Assembly (NCBI RefSeq): GCF_009914755.1
Contig: NC_060930.1
Length of the DNA stretch: 64,000 nt
Source: the human T2T-CHM13v2.0 reference genome, Homo sapiens
Direction: 5' to 3' (one strand)
Every line of letters begins with the position of its first letter. The stretch's first letter is position 1. The translations under genes were made by a program, and so were the position numbers. Positions 12,010 to 25,709 of this stretch are shown one piece after another. Under the pieces are notes generated by a model that had not been told where the DNA came from, ran no database searches, and saw only the letters and a list, made by a program, of their open reading frames with translations.

Positions 12010-12853
12010 TGCAAATTATTTCATGTGAATTTGTATGTATTTGACATAGTTCTTTCTGTGTTGGTACTTGCAGAAAATTGTTTCCTAAATAGCAGTTTTT
12101 ATGCATTTGAGATACTCACTAAAGTCAATCCTTTTTCTGAAACCCGTTCCCCTAGGGAATTCTATAAAGCTCTGATATGCTGTGGAGCCTATTGGTCAAT
12201 AGTTTGATAGAATTTATAGCTGTGTTTCAGCCTTTTAATGGCTCTCTGGAAGTCATCAAAATCCATACTTAAATGCCATGTTCAATATAATTAAATATTT
12301 AATAGTTACAGAAAATCTCTTAAGCTTTATTCTGATTCCTCCCATAACAGCTTGATTAGGGGAAACATAGCTGTTTACAAACAGTTCTGAGCAAATTTGA
12401 AAAATAATCATCTCTGAAGAATTTATAATAATTTGGAGAAACATTTTAGTTAAACACCAGATTTTCTAATACATCACTGATTTAAATGACAGCCACATCA
12501 TCATTTTGTTGCCAATTGAAATCATGCACACCTAGAAATTTTTTTGCATTAAGGTGCTCACATGAAGGAAAAAAAACGTATTTCTTGCTATCAGAAATAA
12601 CCCAAGCAACAAACCATGAGATTATTCAGATAAATATAATAAACCACTAATACATGAGACATGATTGTGCTGTGAAAAGTAAGAATGGCCTTTAAAGGGA
12701 TTGAGCTCTTAACCAGCACAATTTAAAATATTATTAAAAAAGAAACCCATAGAAATGAAACCCTATATTGGACTAAGATTCTATTAGATCTTTAGTATTA
12801 CAAAAACAACTGCTAACTGTGTGATGTGGTTATTCATGTTTAAAAAAAATGCA

Positions 12854-13140
12854 AGCCAGGTGCGGTGACTCACCCCTGTAATCCCAGCACTTTGGGAGGC
12901 CGAGGTGGGCAGATCACGAGGTCAGGAGTTCGAGACTATCCTGCTAACATGGTGAAACTCTGTCTCTACGAAAAATACAAAAAAGTTAGCCTGGTGTGGT
13001 GGCACGCACCTGTAGTCCCAGCTACTCAGGAGGCTAAGGCAGGAGGCGGAGCTTGAAGTGAGCCGAGATTGTGCCATTGAACTCCAGCCTGGGCGACAGA
13101 GCAAGACTCCATCTCAAAAAATAAAAATAAAAAATAAAAA
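12854..13140 (+). mobile_element. AluY/Sc-type Alu with a short deletion in the right arm
   Basis: GATCACGAGGTCAGG, ATCCTGCTAAC, GCGGAGCTTG; right arm reads GGCAGGAGGCGGAG, lacking the AATGGCGTGAACCCG segment between two GGAG copies; A-rich tail. Confidence 0.9.
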
Positions 13141-13619
13141 GCAAAACACTTGGTACAAAAATGTCCTGGGACAAATTAATAATGGCACAATGCCAGAAAC
13201 TAGCACATCTTTCCTCTTTAGTGGTAATTAGTGCCTTTTTACATGTTGCACACACGGAGGGAAGAAAGCTCTTCATCATTGTTCTCCCAACTCAGACATA
13301 GAAAAACAGAATGTCAGGAACACAATGAGCCTTCATTTTATAGACATTTGGTACTTTGATGTCTGTATTATCTTTTGGAAATTATTCCTTTTAGTGAAAA
13401 CAATGAAGGTCAGAGGGCAGATTTCCTAAAAGCAGCAATTAATGTGAAGTGTTTTAACTATTGCCTCCTTGTTCCAAAACTACCTGCACATGGCCACAAA
13501 CATATGAAAGTGAATCTTTGGTGGCCATAGTAAACAATTCAGACCTTGGCCCATAGACAGGGTTACACGTATGGTGGCCCTGTCTTCATAGAGGCCACCT
13601 CTAATGTTAAGTTGGAATT

Positions 13620-13765
13620 GCCAGACCCACTTATTCTTTCTAAGCCTTGGTTTCTTTACTTGTAGAGTAGGTTTAATTATTAGATATTACAGGGTTATCC
13701 TGAGGCTCAAATGAGGTAAAGCACTTTGTAAATTATAAAGCACAGTGCAAATGTTAGCAATTACC
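13620..13765 (+). mobile_element. MIR (MIRc/MIR3-like)
   Basis: CTAAGCCTTGGTTTCTTTACTTGTA...AGGGTTATCCTGAGGCTCAAATGAG...GCACTTTGTAAATTATAAAGCAC...AAATGTTAG. Confidence 0.7.
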
Positions 13766-14284
13766 TTAAATGATTTTAACCATTCAAATGAAAAGTGAGA
13801 AATTCCAACCTTGGCATCATGTAGACAAACCATTTGAATGACTGACTCAATTTCTCAGTCTTCTGGAGACTTATTATCATGTAGCTATTTAAAACATGCT
13901 GGAATTTTTATCAGATAGTAACCAGTCTGGCAGGTTCTTTTGTGAAGACGTTTGTTGGAAGGATGTGTTCTTTTACAGTGGCTCTATAATTGGCATTTAA
14001 ACATTTTCTCTTGCATTAAATATCTTTAGTGGTGCAATGTTTTGTTGGAGTTGCAAATTCTTAATAAGCGTATACCCAGATTTTTAATAAGCATATACGG
14101 TAGTAAGTGATTCAGTGTAAAATTCAACCAGAAAATATCCATCTTCTAAGATGACAGGGTGTTAGACAAATTACATGTAAGATTAAGACATTAATAGAGA
14201 GTTCATTTCTGTCACCCCCTACCATGCCAACTCCACCCCACTCTTTGTTAGATAATATGTGGTCTATTTTTTGAATTCTTTAGA

Positions 14285-14579
14285 AAATAGACTCTCTTTT
14301 TTAGAGCAGTTTTAGGTTCATAGCAAAAATTGAGAAGAAGGCACAGAGATTTCCCATATACTCTTTTTCCCTCTCTATAACATCCTCCCCCACCATCAAT
14401 ATTCTACAACAGAGTGGTACATCTACTACAATTGATGAGCTGATATTGATGCCTCATCACTCAAAGTCCGTGGTTTATGTGAGGTTCACGCTTGCTGTTG
14501 TACATTCTATTGGCTTTGACAAATGTAAAATAACATGTAGCGAACATTACAGTATCATACAAAATAGTTATACTGCCCT
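14285..14579 (-). mobile_element. L1MC/L1MD-type 3' end
   Basis: TTTAGAGCAGTTTTAGGTTCATAGCAAAAATTGAG...CAGAGTGGTACAT...TTGTACATTCTATTGGCTTTGACAAATGT. Confidence 0.8.
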
Positions 14580-16130
14580 GAGTGAATCAGCTTGCTGATT
14601 TACAAAAACGTTTGTAGAATTTCTAACTGGAATTGCACAAAATATATAGATCCAAATTTAATCTTCCATTTCATGAATTTGGTACAAATCTGATTTATTC
14701 TTGTCTTTTAAACATTTCTATCAGTAATGTTTTGTAGTTTCTGTGTATAGGTCTTGCACATCTTTTTTTTGTTTTTGAATGTATTCATAAGTATGGTTTT
14801 GCTGCTATGATAAAAAATATTATTTATTAATTTAATTTAAAAAGTTTATATTTCCAGTTTATAGAAATATAACTATTTTTCCATATTAGTCACATATTCT
14901 GAAACCTTATAATTTTATTTATTAATTCTATTTGTTATCCTTTTAGTCCTAAACTTTACAAAGATGATCAAGTCACCTCACAACAGTGAGCTGTATGTCT
15001 TCCTTTCCAGTATTTATGCCTTTTGCCCATTTGCCTTACTACTCTGGCGGCTAGGACTTCCACTACAATGTAAATAGATATAATGAGAGCAGACATCTGT
15101 GTCTGGATCCCAGAAATGCATTCATTCTTTTATCATTAAGTATAAGGTTAGCCCTTGGTTTTCCAGATGGCTTTACAAAGTTGAAGTGTGTCCTATCTAC
15201 TCATTCCTAGTTCACTAAGAATTTTTTCATGCATGGTTTTGAATTTTATTAAATGTTTCTTCAGTATCTATCAAGATGATTATATTACTTTACATTTTAT
15301 AATCCTTCATTTTTTCTAAGTTTTCAAATTTATTGGTCTAAAGATGTTGGTAATATCTTATCCTTTTCATATCTGTAAATGGTATTCCAAAATTTCTTCT
15401 GATACTGTAATTTTTGTTTTTACTTTTTTCTTAATTAGTCTTCTTAGGAGTTTATCAAATTTATTAATATTTTTGAAGACTCCACGTTTGCTTTGATTTT
15501 TTTCCTATGGTTTTCCTGTTTTCTATTTCATTTATTTCTGCTGTTGAATCATTTCTTTTTGCCTACTCACTCTGGGCTACATTGCTCTTCTTTACTTTTC
15601 TTCTTACAGTTTCAAATTAGGTCACTGCTTTAAATTTTTTCTCCTTTTCTGATATAGACATTTACAACCATAAAGGTCCCTCCAAGCACTATTTTCACAG
15701 TATCCCACTATTTTTGATATGTGTGTTTTTGTGATCATTTCATTTGAAAGAGTTTCTAATTTCTCATTGTGATTACTTCTTTGATTTATAGATTATTTAG
15801 TGGCATGTTATTTACAAATAATATGAGGTTTTTCTAAATACTTTACTGATAGTGATTTCTAATTAAATCCTGTTTTGATCAAAGAACATATTGTATAAGA
15901 CATCAATCTTTTGAATTTTATTGCTAATTATTTTATGACCAGGCATATGGTCTATTTTGGTGAATATTCTCTGTACACTTGAGAAGAATGTACATCCCAC
16001 TGTTGTTATGTGTAGTGTTCAATAAAAGTTAATTAGGTCAAGGGAATCAATAGAGTTGTTTAGATCTAATATATCCTTACAGATTTTTTTTGTTGGTTAC
16101 ATGTTCTGTAATGTTCTGAGAGGATTTTAA

Positions 16131-16483
<353 letters not shown>

Positions 16484-16566
16484 AGTTCTATCCATTTTAA
16501 CTAATGCATTTTGAAGCTCTGTTATTGGGTGCATACACATTTAGAATTGTTATGTCTTCTAGATTA

Positions 16567-17700
16567 TGTTATGGCATACTTCAGGTGTTGCTTTTCTGGC
16601 TGGAAACTTGTGGCCAGTGGTGCCTGTGCCCGAGTTTTGCGAGGGCCCCTTGGGCCCATTTGGCCCGGCAAACAGGGCTCAGTTCGCACTACCAGCCGGG
16701 ATCTCATGCCTGCCAAGGGCAAGCAGGGCAGCAAGGGGTGTGTGAGTGAGCGAGCATGTGGTCTGGCCACTGCCCATAGCCAGGTATGCTGGCTGCAGCA
16801 GGGCAGGCAGCTCCAGGCGCCAACATGAGTGCTAGCTCCCTGCAAGTGTGCAGCTGCACCAGGCATACCATAAGCAGTTTCCATGACAGACACCAGGGAA
16901 TGTGGCTGGGCCCAGAAACTTGGAGACACCAGGAACCGCAGAGCCCTAAGGAAGGAGTCAAAGCCCTGGCTCTGGGAGCTCCTATGTCTGGCTCCCAGAA
17001 GGGCCGCAGCTCTTCTCTCCTTGTCACCCGCAACATTGTGAGCAAGGGACATATTTCAGCCCTGTTTGTTTTACAGCTCTTTTAGCCCTGCCATTCAGTA
17101 GGTCCCGAGTTCTTGTTCTGTGACCAGGAAGAACGAGGTATGCAGACAAGTGGAGGGTGCGCAAGGAGAAGAGGAGCTTTACTGAGGGTAGAGCAGCACA
17201 AAGGAGACCCACAGCGGGTAGCTTCTTTCTGCTGCCAGGGTGTCCTGAGGAGTGTTCAGGTCCTAGCAGAGGGGAAACCCTAGAGTGGGTAGCTCCTCTT
17301 GGCAGGCAAATCATTCCATTGAGTGTTCAGCTCCTAGCAGAGAGGAGACCCTGGAGTGAGTAGCTAATCTCCACAGCTGGTTGTGTCATCATCTGTTTAG
17401 CCCTCAGCAGAGAGAAGACCCTGGAGCCGGTAGATACTCTTGCAGGCAAGTCGTCCCATTGTCTCTTAGTCTGAATGAGTCTGGGGCTTTTATGGGTCTC
17501 AGTGGGGAGGACGTGCACTCCGATTGTTCCATGGGTGGCCATGGGTGGGCCCAGAAAAAGCACCACAAGTTCCCACTCTGGTCAGCAAGACCAGCAGCCC
17601 AGCCCCCAGGCTTCAGCCACTGCCCCTAACCTGCTTGAAGGTGGGGCTTCCACCCAAGATCTAGTCTGCCTCCTGCCCAGACTGCCCACCACTGCCATCA
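16567..17700 (-). mobile_element. MER52-family (ERV1) solo LTR
   Basis: GC-rich 1.13 kb block with TG...CA termini; GGAGACACCAGGAACCGCAGAGCCC and GGTCCCGAGTTCTTGT match recalled MER52; internal ~70-bp repeats; no clean TSD. Confidence 0.85.
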
Positions 17701-18974
17701 ATCTCCTAACATCTTTTGCCTTATTTTACTTTAATTTAATGTAGCCATACCATTTTTTTGTGTTTACCATTTTCATATTACATGTTTTCTTTTTATCTTC
17801 CTTTCAACATATCTGTTTCTGTTATTTAATGAGCATCTTTCGTTGACGGCATACATTTGTGTTTTTCTTTTATATCTACGCTGGCAATATTTTTTAATTG
17901 GAATGTTGATACATTTATATTTAATTAATGGAATTTGATTTAAATCTACCATCTTATTACTTGATTTTCGTACATTCCTTCTGTTTTTTTCTTCTCTTGC
18001 CTACTTTCTGTCTTCTTTGGGGTTAATCAATATTTATTCACATGTTATTTTATGATTTTTTTATATTCTAGGTCATAGATGGCTTAGGTATTTATTGAGA
18101 TTTCCATAGTACACGATGCTATATTATGTCTTTTTATTTCTGCATATAGTATTACTAGATCAACTTACAAAATATAACTAAGAGGACTTCTAGTTTACTA
18201 CATATAATGGAAGGGAAGAGAGCCAATAAGAACTACTTTCAAATTTTTGGTAAGCTGTCATGCCATGGACTGGAATAGGGTGCACTAAAGGATAAAAGGC
18301 AAGAATTCTTGGATTTAATTTTGTACATTTTTAATTAGATGCCTGTAAGTCATTGAGAAGTCGAGGGACATCCTTGGTACCAGCTTTAAATGAAGAGGTG
18401 AAAGTTTCAAATTATTTGTCATATTATTGGCTTTTTTTTTTTTTAGTTTTAAAGTATAAAGAATATAAAATGCAATTTTTTTATTTTTTGTGTTCTATTC
18501 TGAAATAATATTAAACATTATAAATTTAATTCTTAATGTTTAATCATAATAAGTATTTTTATACTTATTATATTCCTTTGAATAGCCTTTTTTATTGTCA
18601 AGGAAGTTTTTTAAGATAAATTAGTCTCTACAAATAATGTGCTCCATATTCCATGACCTTAGAGTAAATCAGTTCTACATTAGTTGTGAGATCTCATTAA
18701 AACTACATCAATTTCCATAGAATGTATTTATTTTAAAAATTACTTTGTCAGGTTTAAACATAGCAAGATTATTTTCTTAAAACTAGTTAACTCAATGAAG
18801 TGGATTCAAGTTTGGATCTCTTCACAATAGGAAACAAATTCAATGTTAGCTAACTATCCCCTGCTGTTCAGTCTCTTGCCAGAAAGCTACAGCTTTCTGC
18901 CCACACTTACTTGCTAGACATTTGATTTAATAACTGCACATTCATATATATTTTTTGAAAGGAATGCTGAAAAC

Positions 18975-19080
18975 TTCTCATTTGTGTATGAGTAAACTGA
19001 ATCCCAAAGAGTTGAGAGATTTGTCCAAAGGCAGTGAAGTCACTGATACAAGTGAGAAACTTGGATAAAGCACAATCTCC
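18975..19080 (-). mobile_element. MIR fragment
   Basis: ATGAGTAAACTGAATCCCAAAGAGTTGAGAGATTTGTCCAAAG core. Confidence 0.6.
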
Positions 19081-19734
19081 TCACCTTTCCTCATTTTTTA
19101 TTTTTAATTTCATTTCATAACAACTCCTCAATGGAAAAGTAAATCATTCCATGATCTCAAAAAGCTGTGATGGATCTATGAGCTACTGAGTTTATAAGTT
19201 AATTGCTCCTTTGTTAAATAACTTTAAATGGCTATTTTTTTGTTGTTGCTGTGTTTTTTAAATATTCATCTCCCATTTCCTTCACTCTCAGCCATCATTT
19301 TGGCTACTATCCCAGTGTTGCCTCAAGTACCCCTTTTTCCTTTCTTCAAATTTGCTCCTTCTAGTGTACTTGGGAAACACTGATATTAGCCCAATTTTCT
19401 CTAATACATACATTTAAAAAAATTTGTACTAAATATTATAAATTTGTTCACTCTTTAATTGAAGATATGCAAATATCTACCACTAAAAACAATTATGGGT
19501 TTAAGAAAAGCTATTTCTTTCCAACAAACTAGTGATTATACCTCATTATCTGATTTGAGATTCCAGTCTTAATATTTTCATATATTTTTTAAGTACTAGC
19601 TCATTCACATTCATCATTAACTATTTAAGACAAAGCATTGTCTTGAAAAGTAAATACTTATCCGGGTAACTATAACTCAAAACACAATACCTGATTGTTT
19701 TGTGTGTGTTCACAAAATATTAAAGATTATATGA

Positions 19735-19975
19735 CAATAACAAAGAACATACATTGACTGCTTTCCAGGTGGCATGTACTGTGCTTATTCTTCACAATAA
19801 CTCTACAGACAAGAAGGTTCCACTATATTCCCCATATTATATATTTGGAAAGTGATGTTTACAGAGATTTTAAAAATTGCCAAAGTAAATCATATAGTAA
19901 ATTATAGTCATCATTTAAACAGATTTGGTTTTAATTGTGAGCCTGAGACTTCAATTATCATGCTCTAATGCCTAT
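19735..19975 (-). mobile_element. MIR (near full length, MIRb-like)
   Basis: CATTGACTGCTTTC...ACTGTGCT...TCTTCACAATAACTCTA...CCCCATATTATA...AGAGATTTTAAAAATTGCCAAAG. Confidence 0.65.
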
Positions 19976-20779
19976 TAACACTGAAACAGGTTTCAATTTG
20001 TATGTTTATATACCCAACCTTTGCATCTTGGATACACAATTTTATTATTTGCTTTGCACTAACACTCTTACACATTCAATTTTTCATAATTTTAAATTAA
20101 AGATTTTCACAGTCCATCCTCACAATGCATTCAGTGTTACATTTTGATCTTAATTATATTTGCAAATTTAATTGAACTATTAATATTGAAGATCAATCAG
20201 TGTCTAATATAAAACATAATATATTTGTATCATGGTGATTTTAATTTATTTTATAAAAGTTTATTCGTGCTTGCTTTATTAATATGTTTTCATTTTCAAA
20301 CTGAGCTAAAATTTGTGGATTTTCCCTAATAAAGATTAATAAGGAAGAACCTCATTGTCATGAGATATAGACATGCACAAGAACATATTCAAGAATTCCT
20401 AGTTTCATTAAGGAAAGGTATTAAGAAGGTTGTAGTCTATATCATTAGAGAAAGAAAAAATGTTTACTAAATCTGGAATAGTATGCTTATTGGTATCATA
20501 GTCAATGTTCTTTAAAATTTTCTTTATATATATTTATATAGTTTTTCTTTAAATATATTTAAATTGTAGAAAATAATATTTTGAAATTATAGTCTTTGTC
20601 TGCTATTTCCATCTTTTATTTTAAAATACTGCATTTATTTTTCTCTATGCTAAATTCATAAGTGTTTTGTCCCCAGTTCATAAATGTTACTATGTTTCTT
20701 TCTAATCTTTCTTCTTTTTTTTTCTCTTCCTTCTATGGCCTCTCTTTCACTCTGTTTTCCTCCCACTTTCCACCCCACC

Positions 20780-21003
20780 AGCCTTATATGGCTTTGTATT
20801 GTTCGACAGTCAATACAGTTTGTGTCCCCTTGGAGGAGCTCACTTCTCTTTGGAATTCAGGTTATTTGGTTGTATTATGACTACAACTTTCCAATGAATT
20901 CAAGAAAAGTTATCGTTTTATAGATTATTTGGTCTATTTTCATTGTTTAGTTGGCTGGGACACTAATAGAAGCTTTCTATACCCTAAGTAGAAGTGGAAA
21001 TCC
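20780..21003 (-). mobile_element. Old L1M 5' end, copy 1
   Basis: TTCAAGAAAAGTTATCGTTTTATAG...TTGTTTAG...GCTTTCTATACCCTAAGTAGAAGTGGAA resembles the antisense L1ME/L1MD 5' terminus. Confidence 0.6.
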
Positions 21004-21024
21004 TGCTCTTCATATCGTATTTGC

Positions 21025-21367
21025 TTTTAAAGTCAAATTTATTACATTACCATTTTGTACAGTAAAATTCACCCTTTTACATGAACTATTTTACTCATTT
21101 GGACAATGAATACAGGAATATAAACATCACTGCAGTCAAGATTTTAAAAATCTTACCATTGCCCAGAAAGGTCCTTCATGCCCCTTGGTAATCAATCTCC
21201 TCTCTTACTACCCTTTAATACCACTGATCAGTTTTCTGCCTCTGGGATTTTTCCTTTTTCAGAGTATAACCTGTGTCTGGTTTTTTTTTTTTTTTTTTCA
21301 TGATTTTGTTGCATTTATGAGTGCTTCCTTCCTTTTTATTACCAACAGCATTCCATTATTATATAGC
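21025..21367 (-). mobile_element. L1ME-type 3' end fragment
   Basis: ACAGTAAAATTCACCCTTTT...CCCAGAAAGGTCCTTCATGCCCCTTGGTAATCAATC...ACCACTGATC. Confidence 0.75.
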
Positions 21368-21439
21368 TCCAGAAACTCAGTACCAACTGAGATATTTACA
21401 TCTGAGAAGGGCCAGCTTTCGAAATCTGCCAGGTTACTA

Positions 21440-22423
21440 GTTTGTGGGGATTGAGTGACTCTGTTCAGAAATTAACTGGGTTTGGGATTTTTCATTGCTG
21501 TATGTACTTGTTGTACATCACGAGTTTAAATAACTCTAGATATGGGCTACCTTTGCCCATAACTCCAATAACTCTAGATATAGGCTGTTTTTGCCATGTA
21601 CCACGTGAAGGCTAGGATAATGGAGAGTTTTCTTAGTATGAATCCGCTGGCCCCGCTTTTAGCCATTCCTATAGGTATGTGCTATACCTATAGGAGAACT
21701 GTTAGTGCTTACGTCCTTATTTAGCAGTAGACTGCAGTTGTTTAGTACTTCATGCTCCGCCCGTGTTGTGGGGATAGCAGTTCTCTGTTGTTTTGGCCCA
21801 GCCACAGTTCTGGGAAACCCATGGAGCCTGGACTCTGGGTGGAGAATTCTCAGTATGCCTTTCACTCTTCTGCTTGACAGTCAAACTCTCTGCCTTGTAT
21901 TTGTTGTAGATCTTGACCTTGAGTGAGAGTTTCTCTTCTTCTCTATTGATAGGAAGCTTTGAGTGGGTATAGGATTGCAGTTCCAAGAGTTTCCCACCCT
22001 TCTTATAATCACAATAACTCTGAGTTTTTTCCTTTTCTTTCCTTTCCTCAGCCGTGGTATATCTTTACTGCTTCTCTCCTGTGGCTTAAGACCTTTTGCT
22101 CTGCATGAGAGAAGAGTCCAAGGAATTGCACAGTATTTTGTGTGTGTTCCCCACAGCTGCTCATTCTGCTCCTGCCTGTCTGCTCTCCCAAGGGGCATTT
22201 TTATGGTGGTCCACGTTCTTTGGCAGTTGAGACAGTTTGTGTGTCCTGTATCTCCTTGTAGGGACTCACGCTTCTTTGTAATTCAGGTCATTTGGTTGCA
22301 TTATGACTATAACTTTCCAGTGAATTCCAGAAAATTTATTTTGTAGGTTATCTGGCCTATTTTTATTGTTTGGTTGTGTGGGACACTTTGCGCCTTTCAA
22401 CATCTTCAGTGGGGGTGGAAATC
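21440..22423 (-). mobile_element. Old L1M 5' region, copy 2
   Basis: Ends in the same terminus as 20780-21003 (GAATTCCAGAAAATTTATTTTGTAGG...GTGGAAATCC); left boundary approximate. Confidence 0.55.
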
Positions 22424-25400
22424 CTCTTCTTTACGTTATTTTATAATCTGCTTTTTGAACTTACAAATATATTTGAAGCAACATTCCTTTATAATATTAA
22501 AATGATGTGTCCCACAATTTATTTTACCAATATGCTATTTTTAGATTTACTTTGCGGTATCTCCTTTGAAAAATTGTAGTTAGACGACAGGATTTTGCTT
22601 GGCACAAACACTGGCGTGACAACAGATCTCCTAAAAAGTGTCTGGATACAAGCATTCTGGTCTTTTAAAAAAGATTTTTAAGAAGGAAGTAGAAGAAAAA
22701 TCCATCACATTAGTTGTAAGTTTCCTTCTAAATGAATTGATAGGGTGTAATCTTTTAAAGAATCATGAAAGGTGAATGCGAGATCTGGCTGCAGTCCCAT
22801 GTCCTTGCCCTCTGCAGTAGATTTCTCCTCTGGAATGCACATTCAGTTTTCTGCTTCAAGGATGACCAGTGTTCAGGGCTCACATTCATTCTCACTCCTA
22901 AATTATGTGATGCTTCCTTTCTTTGTTTGACATCTTCAAAGTGAAAAGTGTCATTGCCAGGGAAGCATGAAGATATAGTCAGTCCCAAAAGGCTGTCTGG
23001 AAAAATTACAGAAAGCTCGGTTCTTATTGGATCAAAAAATAAATGTAGGGAGAAAATATGAATATGCATTTCTACACAAAGAATTGGATTTTCTTAACTG
23101 TTTAAAGATCACATTGTGTAACATTTTACAGTATGGGGTGCCACAATCTGGATGTATCATTTTGAATGCGATAACTAGAAAATAGGTAACAAGAAAATTA
23201 ACTTGATGTTTTCAGTATAATCAAAGCAAAGGGTTATTTTGACTAAATTGCCAAACCCTTATGTAAGCACAGTGCACCAAAATGTATTTCTTAATAGTAG
23301 TGAAGATTCAACCTAAACTTGGAGAAACAAAACAAATATATCATCGAGAAAAAGTATAGTGTTGAACTAATGACCTTTCAGAAGCATATAAATGTTATTG
23401 TTTGACATTCTAAAATCCTCTTTTAAGTAATTTTAAAAATGTAAGTAAGGATAGAAGGTATGAGGAAAATTAGCTAAAAATAATCAGTGAAGAAGATACC
23501 TTGTTCTCCACGAACCCAGATTTAAATTTTGCATGTTTTATATCAGCTCTGTCAGGCTTTGATTATCCACAGCCAGATGACAATGAAATAAAGTAAGTTA
23601 TGAAGCATTTGCCAATGAACACTCACTGCCTCCTTATTCGCTTTCACTTGCCTAAGGCAGCCTATAGCTCAGGAGAAAGCTTCTGAAACCATATGTATAG
23701 TCTTTCCTTAAACTCAGGAATATTTGTTATAACAGCATAAATATTTAAACTTCTCATAGCCATGCATCAGTTTGAGGGTAATCCTGTCTATATGGGATAA
23801 GGAGTAAAGCGCAGGAAATGTACTGCTCTAGGCAAGGGGTCCTTGCTGTGTTTTGTTCGCTGTGAGTCCTTCAGAGTAAAGCCTCTGGATTTTGAAGTGC
23901 TGTGAGTTCATCATCATCAGATACTTATATTCAAACAAAACCCTAAAAATGCATTTCTGAAACAAGTATATATTGCATTTCTCCACTTTTCATTTAAAAT
24001 ATGCTAATATTTAAATCACCTACCACTTCATGAGTATCTTAGATAAATTTCACATATGTATTGTCTTTTCCAAGAATTAAGAATTATATTATAAGAACAG
24101 CACAATAAATTGTGCCTCGTCTTTTCTCAATGAAGCTTGTCCAATTATTTGAGTGCACTGTACTTTGAAGTTCATAATCATTACCTTCTTTTTTCTTTTA
24201 ACTTTCTAAAGTGAAGACCTGATTACTGCCATATGACTTGTGCAAATATTCCACTTTGCAATATGTGCTGCATATAAATGTGCGGTTTGTATAGTAGGGG
24301 GTAAAATGGGCAGCTTTCCTGCCATCTGCGTGCTAATTAACCAGTGTAGAACACAGTCTTGTCATAGGAAAAAGCCGTCTTCATTTCTACAGGGTGCAAA
24401 TTATGTTGCCAGGATCACAAGGACAGGGTCAAAGTTGGCTGTCAGCAATGGTTGTGGGTTTAGTTTGTGCTTTGAAAAGACCTAGGAATTTTAAATTAAT
24501 ACATAGACTTATACTTCCATATCTAATGTATACATCTACATAAACAAGCTGTAAACATAAAACAAAAAATAACTGGCCTTTTACATACTAATACATATTT
24601 GTTCTGGATCATTTTCTGTTGGCATCTGATTTTCTCTAAGACTTACACACCATGCTGTTACCTCTCCATGGCATGTGGTGGGGGGGCGATGGTGATTAAA
24701 GTATGACATTAAGTGTACATAGAAACATAATTAAAATAAATATGCATTAATGGTTCTCTTTAAATATAGTGACCCATGAATTAACTTTTTGGTATGATTA
24801 AGAATGAAAGTTTTAAAGGCATCCTTTAGCATTAAAATTCAAGTCAGCACCAATGATTCTAATTAGTGGGAATTCTAGCGGGGAAAGTAGTTAAGGGAAA
24901 TTAGTTACCTATTGTTTTGAACTATAATTTTAAAATGTAGTTATGTTTGGAAATGGATTGTTAGCAAACATGGATGTATGCACATCTGTAACTTGTGCTC
25001 TAGACTGCCAAAAAAATCAATAATTGAAAATGAAATAACACAATATTTTGCATGTTATGTCAACGTAATTACTCTCGTAATTAAAACCTCAAGGAGTGAG
25101 AAGGATAGTACGTCAGTCCTGTGGCCATACATAGAGATACAATATTCGTTTTCACGTCCTTTCAAACATGTGCTGCAAAGATGGTAGAAAATGAAAGAAA
25201 AGTTATCAAATGGTAGCTAAATGATCTGCCTATATTCTTAGGTGATTATGAAAATGTTCTCACTTTGGAATTAAAAGTGTATTGTTTTATCCTTCATCAA
25301 AGTGAGAGAATAACTTCAAATAGGATAAGATTTATTTTCTATATACCTATTTTCTTTTTGTATTTTCTGCACAGATTTCTATTAACGTTTGAGCTTTCAA

Positions 25401-25709
25401 AAGCATATTTCATGTTTGGTTGTGTATTATCAACAAACGTGGTTAGCTATAATTCTCAGACTACCTGTAAAAGATATCTAAGGCTATTTTTCCTTGTGGG
25501 CAGAGTGGCAGTGGTATGACTACAGGAGTATTGAAAGATGTGTATGTCTGAAAAATATGACCTTTTAACTAGCAGGGCCATTATTTAAGTTAAGGGGATC
25601 TAGAATGTCCCTGAAAAAAAGTAAGGAGCTAATATTTCCTAAGATTACACATTAAGCATTTAAGCCAGTTGCACCTGTAAATATATTACTTTATTCTGTA
25701 AGTCCCACT

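Noticed and set aside
14061-14098. Small tandem duplications (also 48383-48412, 26800-26845)
   Set aside because: These are ordinary slippage products with no further structure.
17200-17460. Regularly spaced ~70-bp repeats as a CRISPR-like array
   Set aside because: Whole units are degenerate tandem copies inside an LTR, with no unique spacers.
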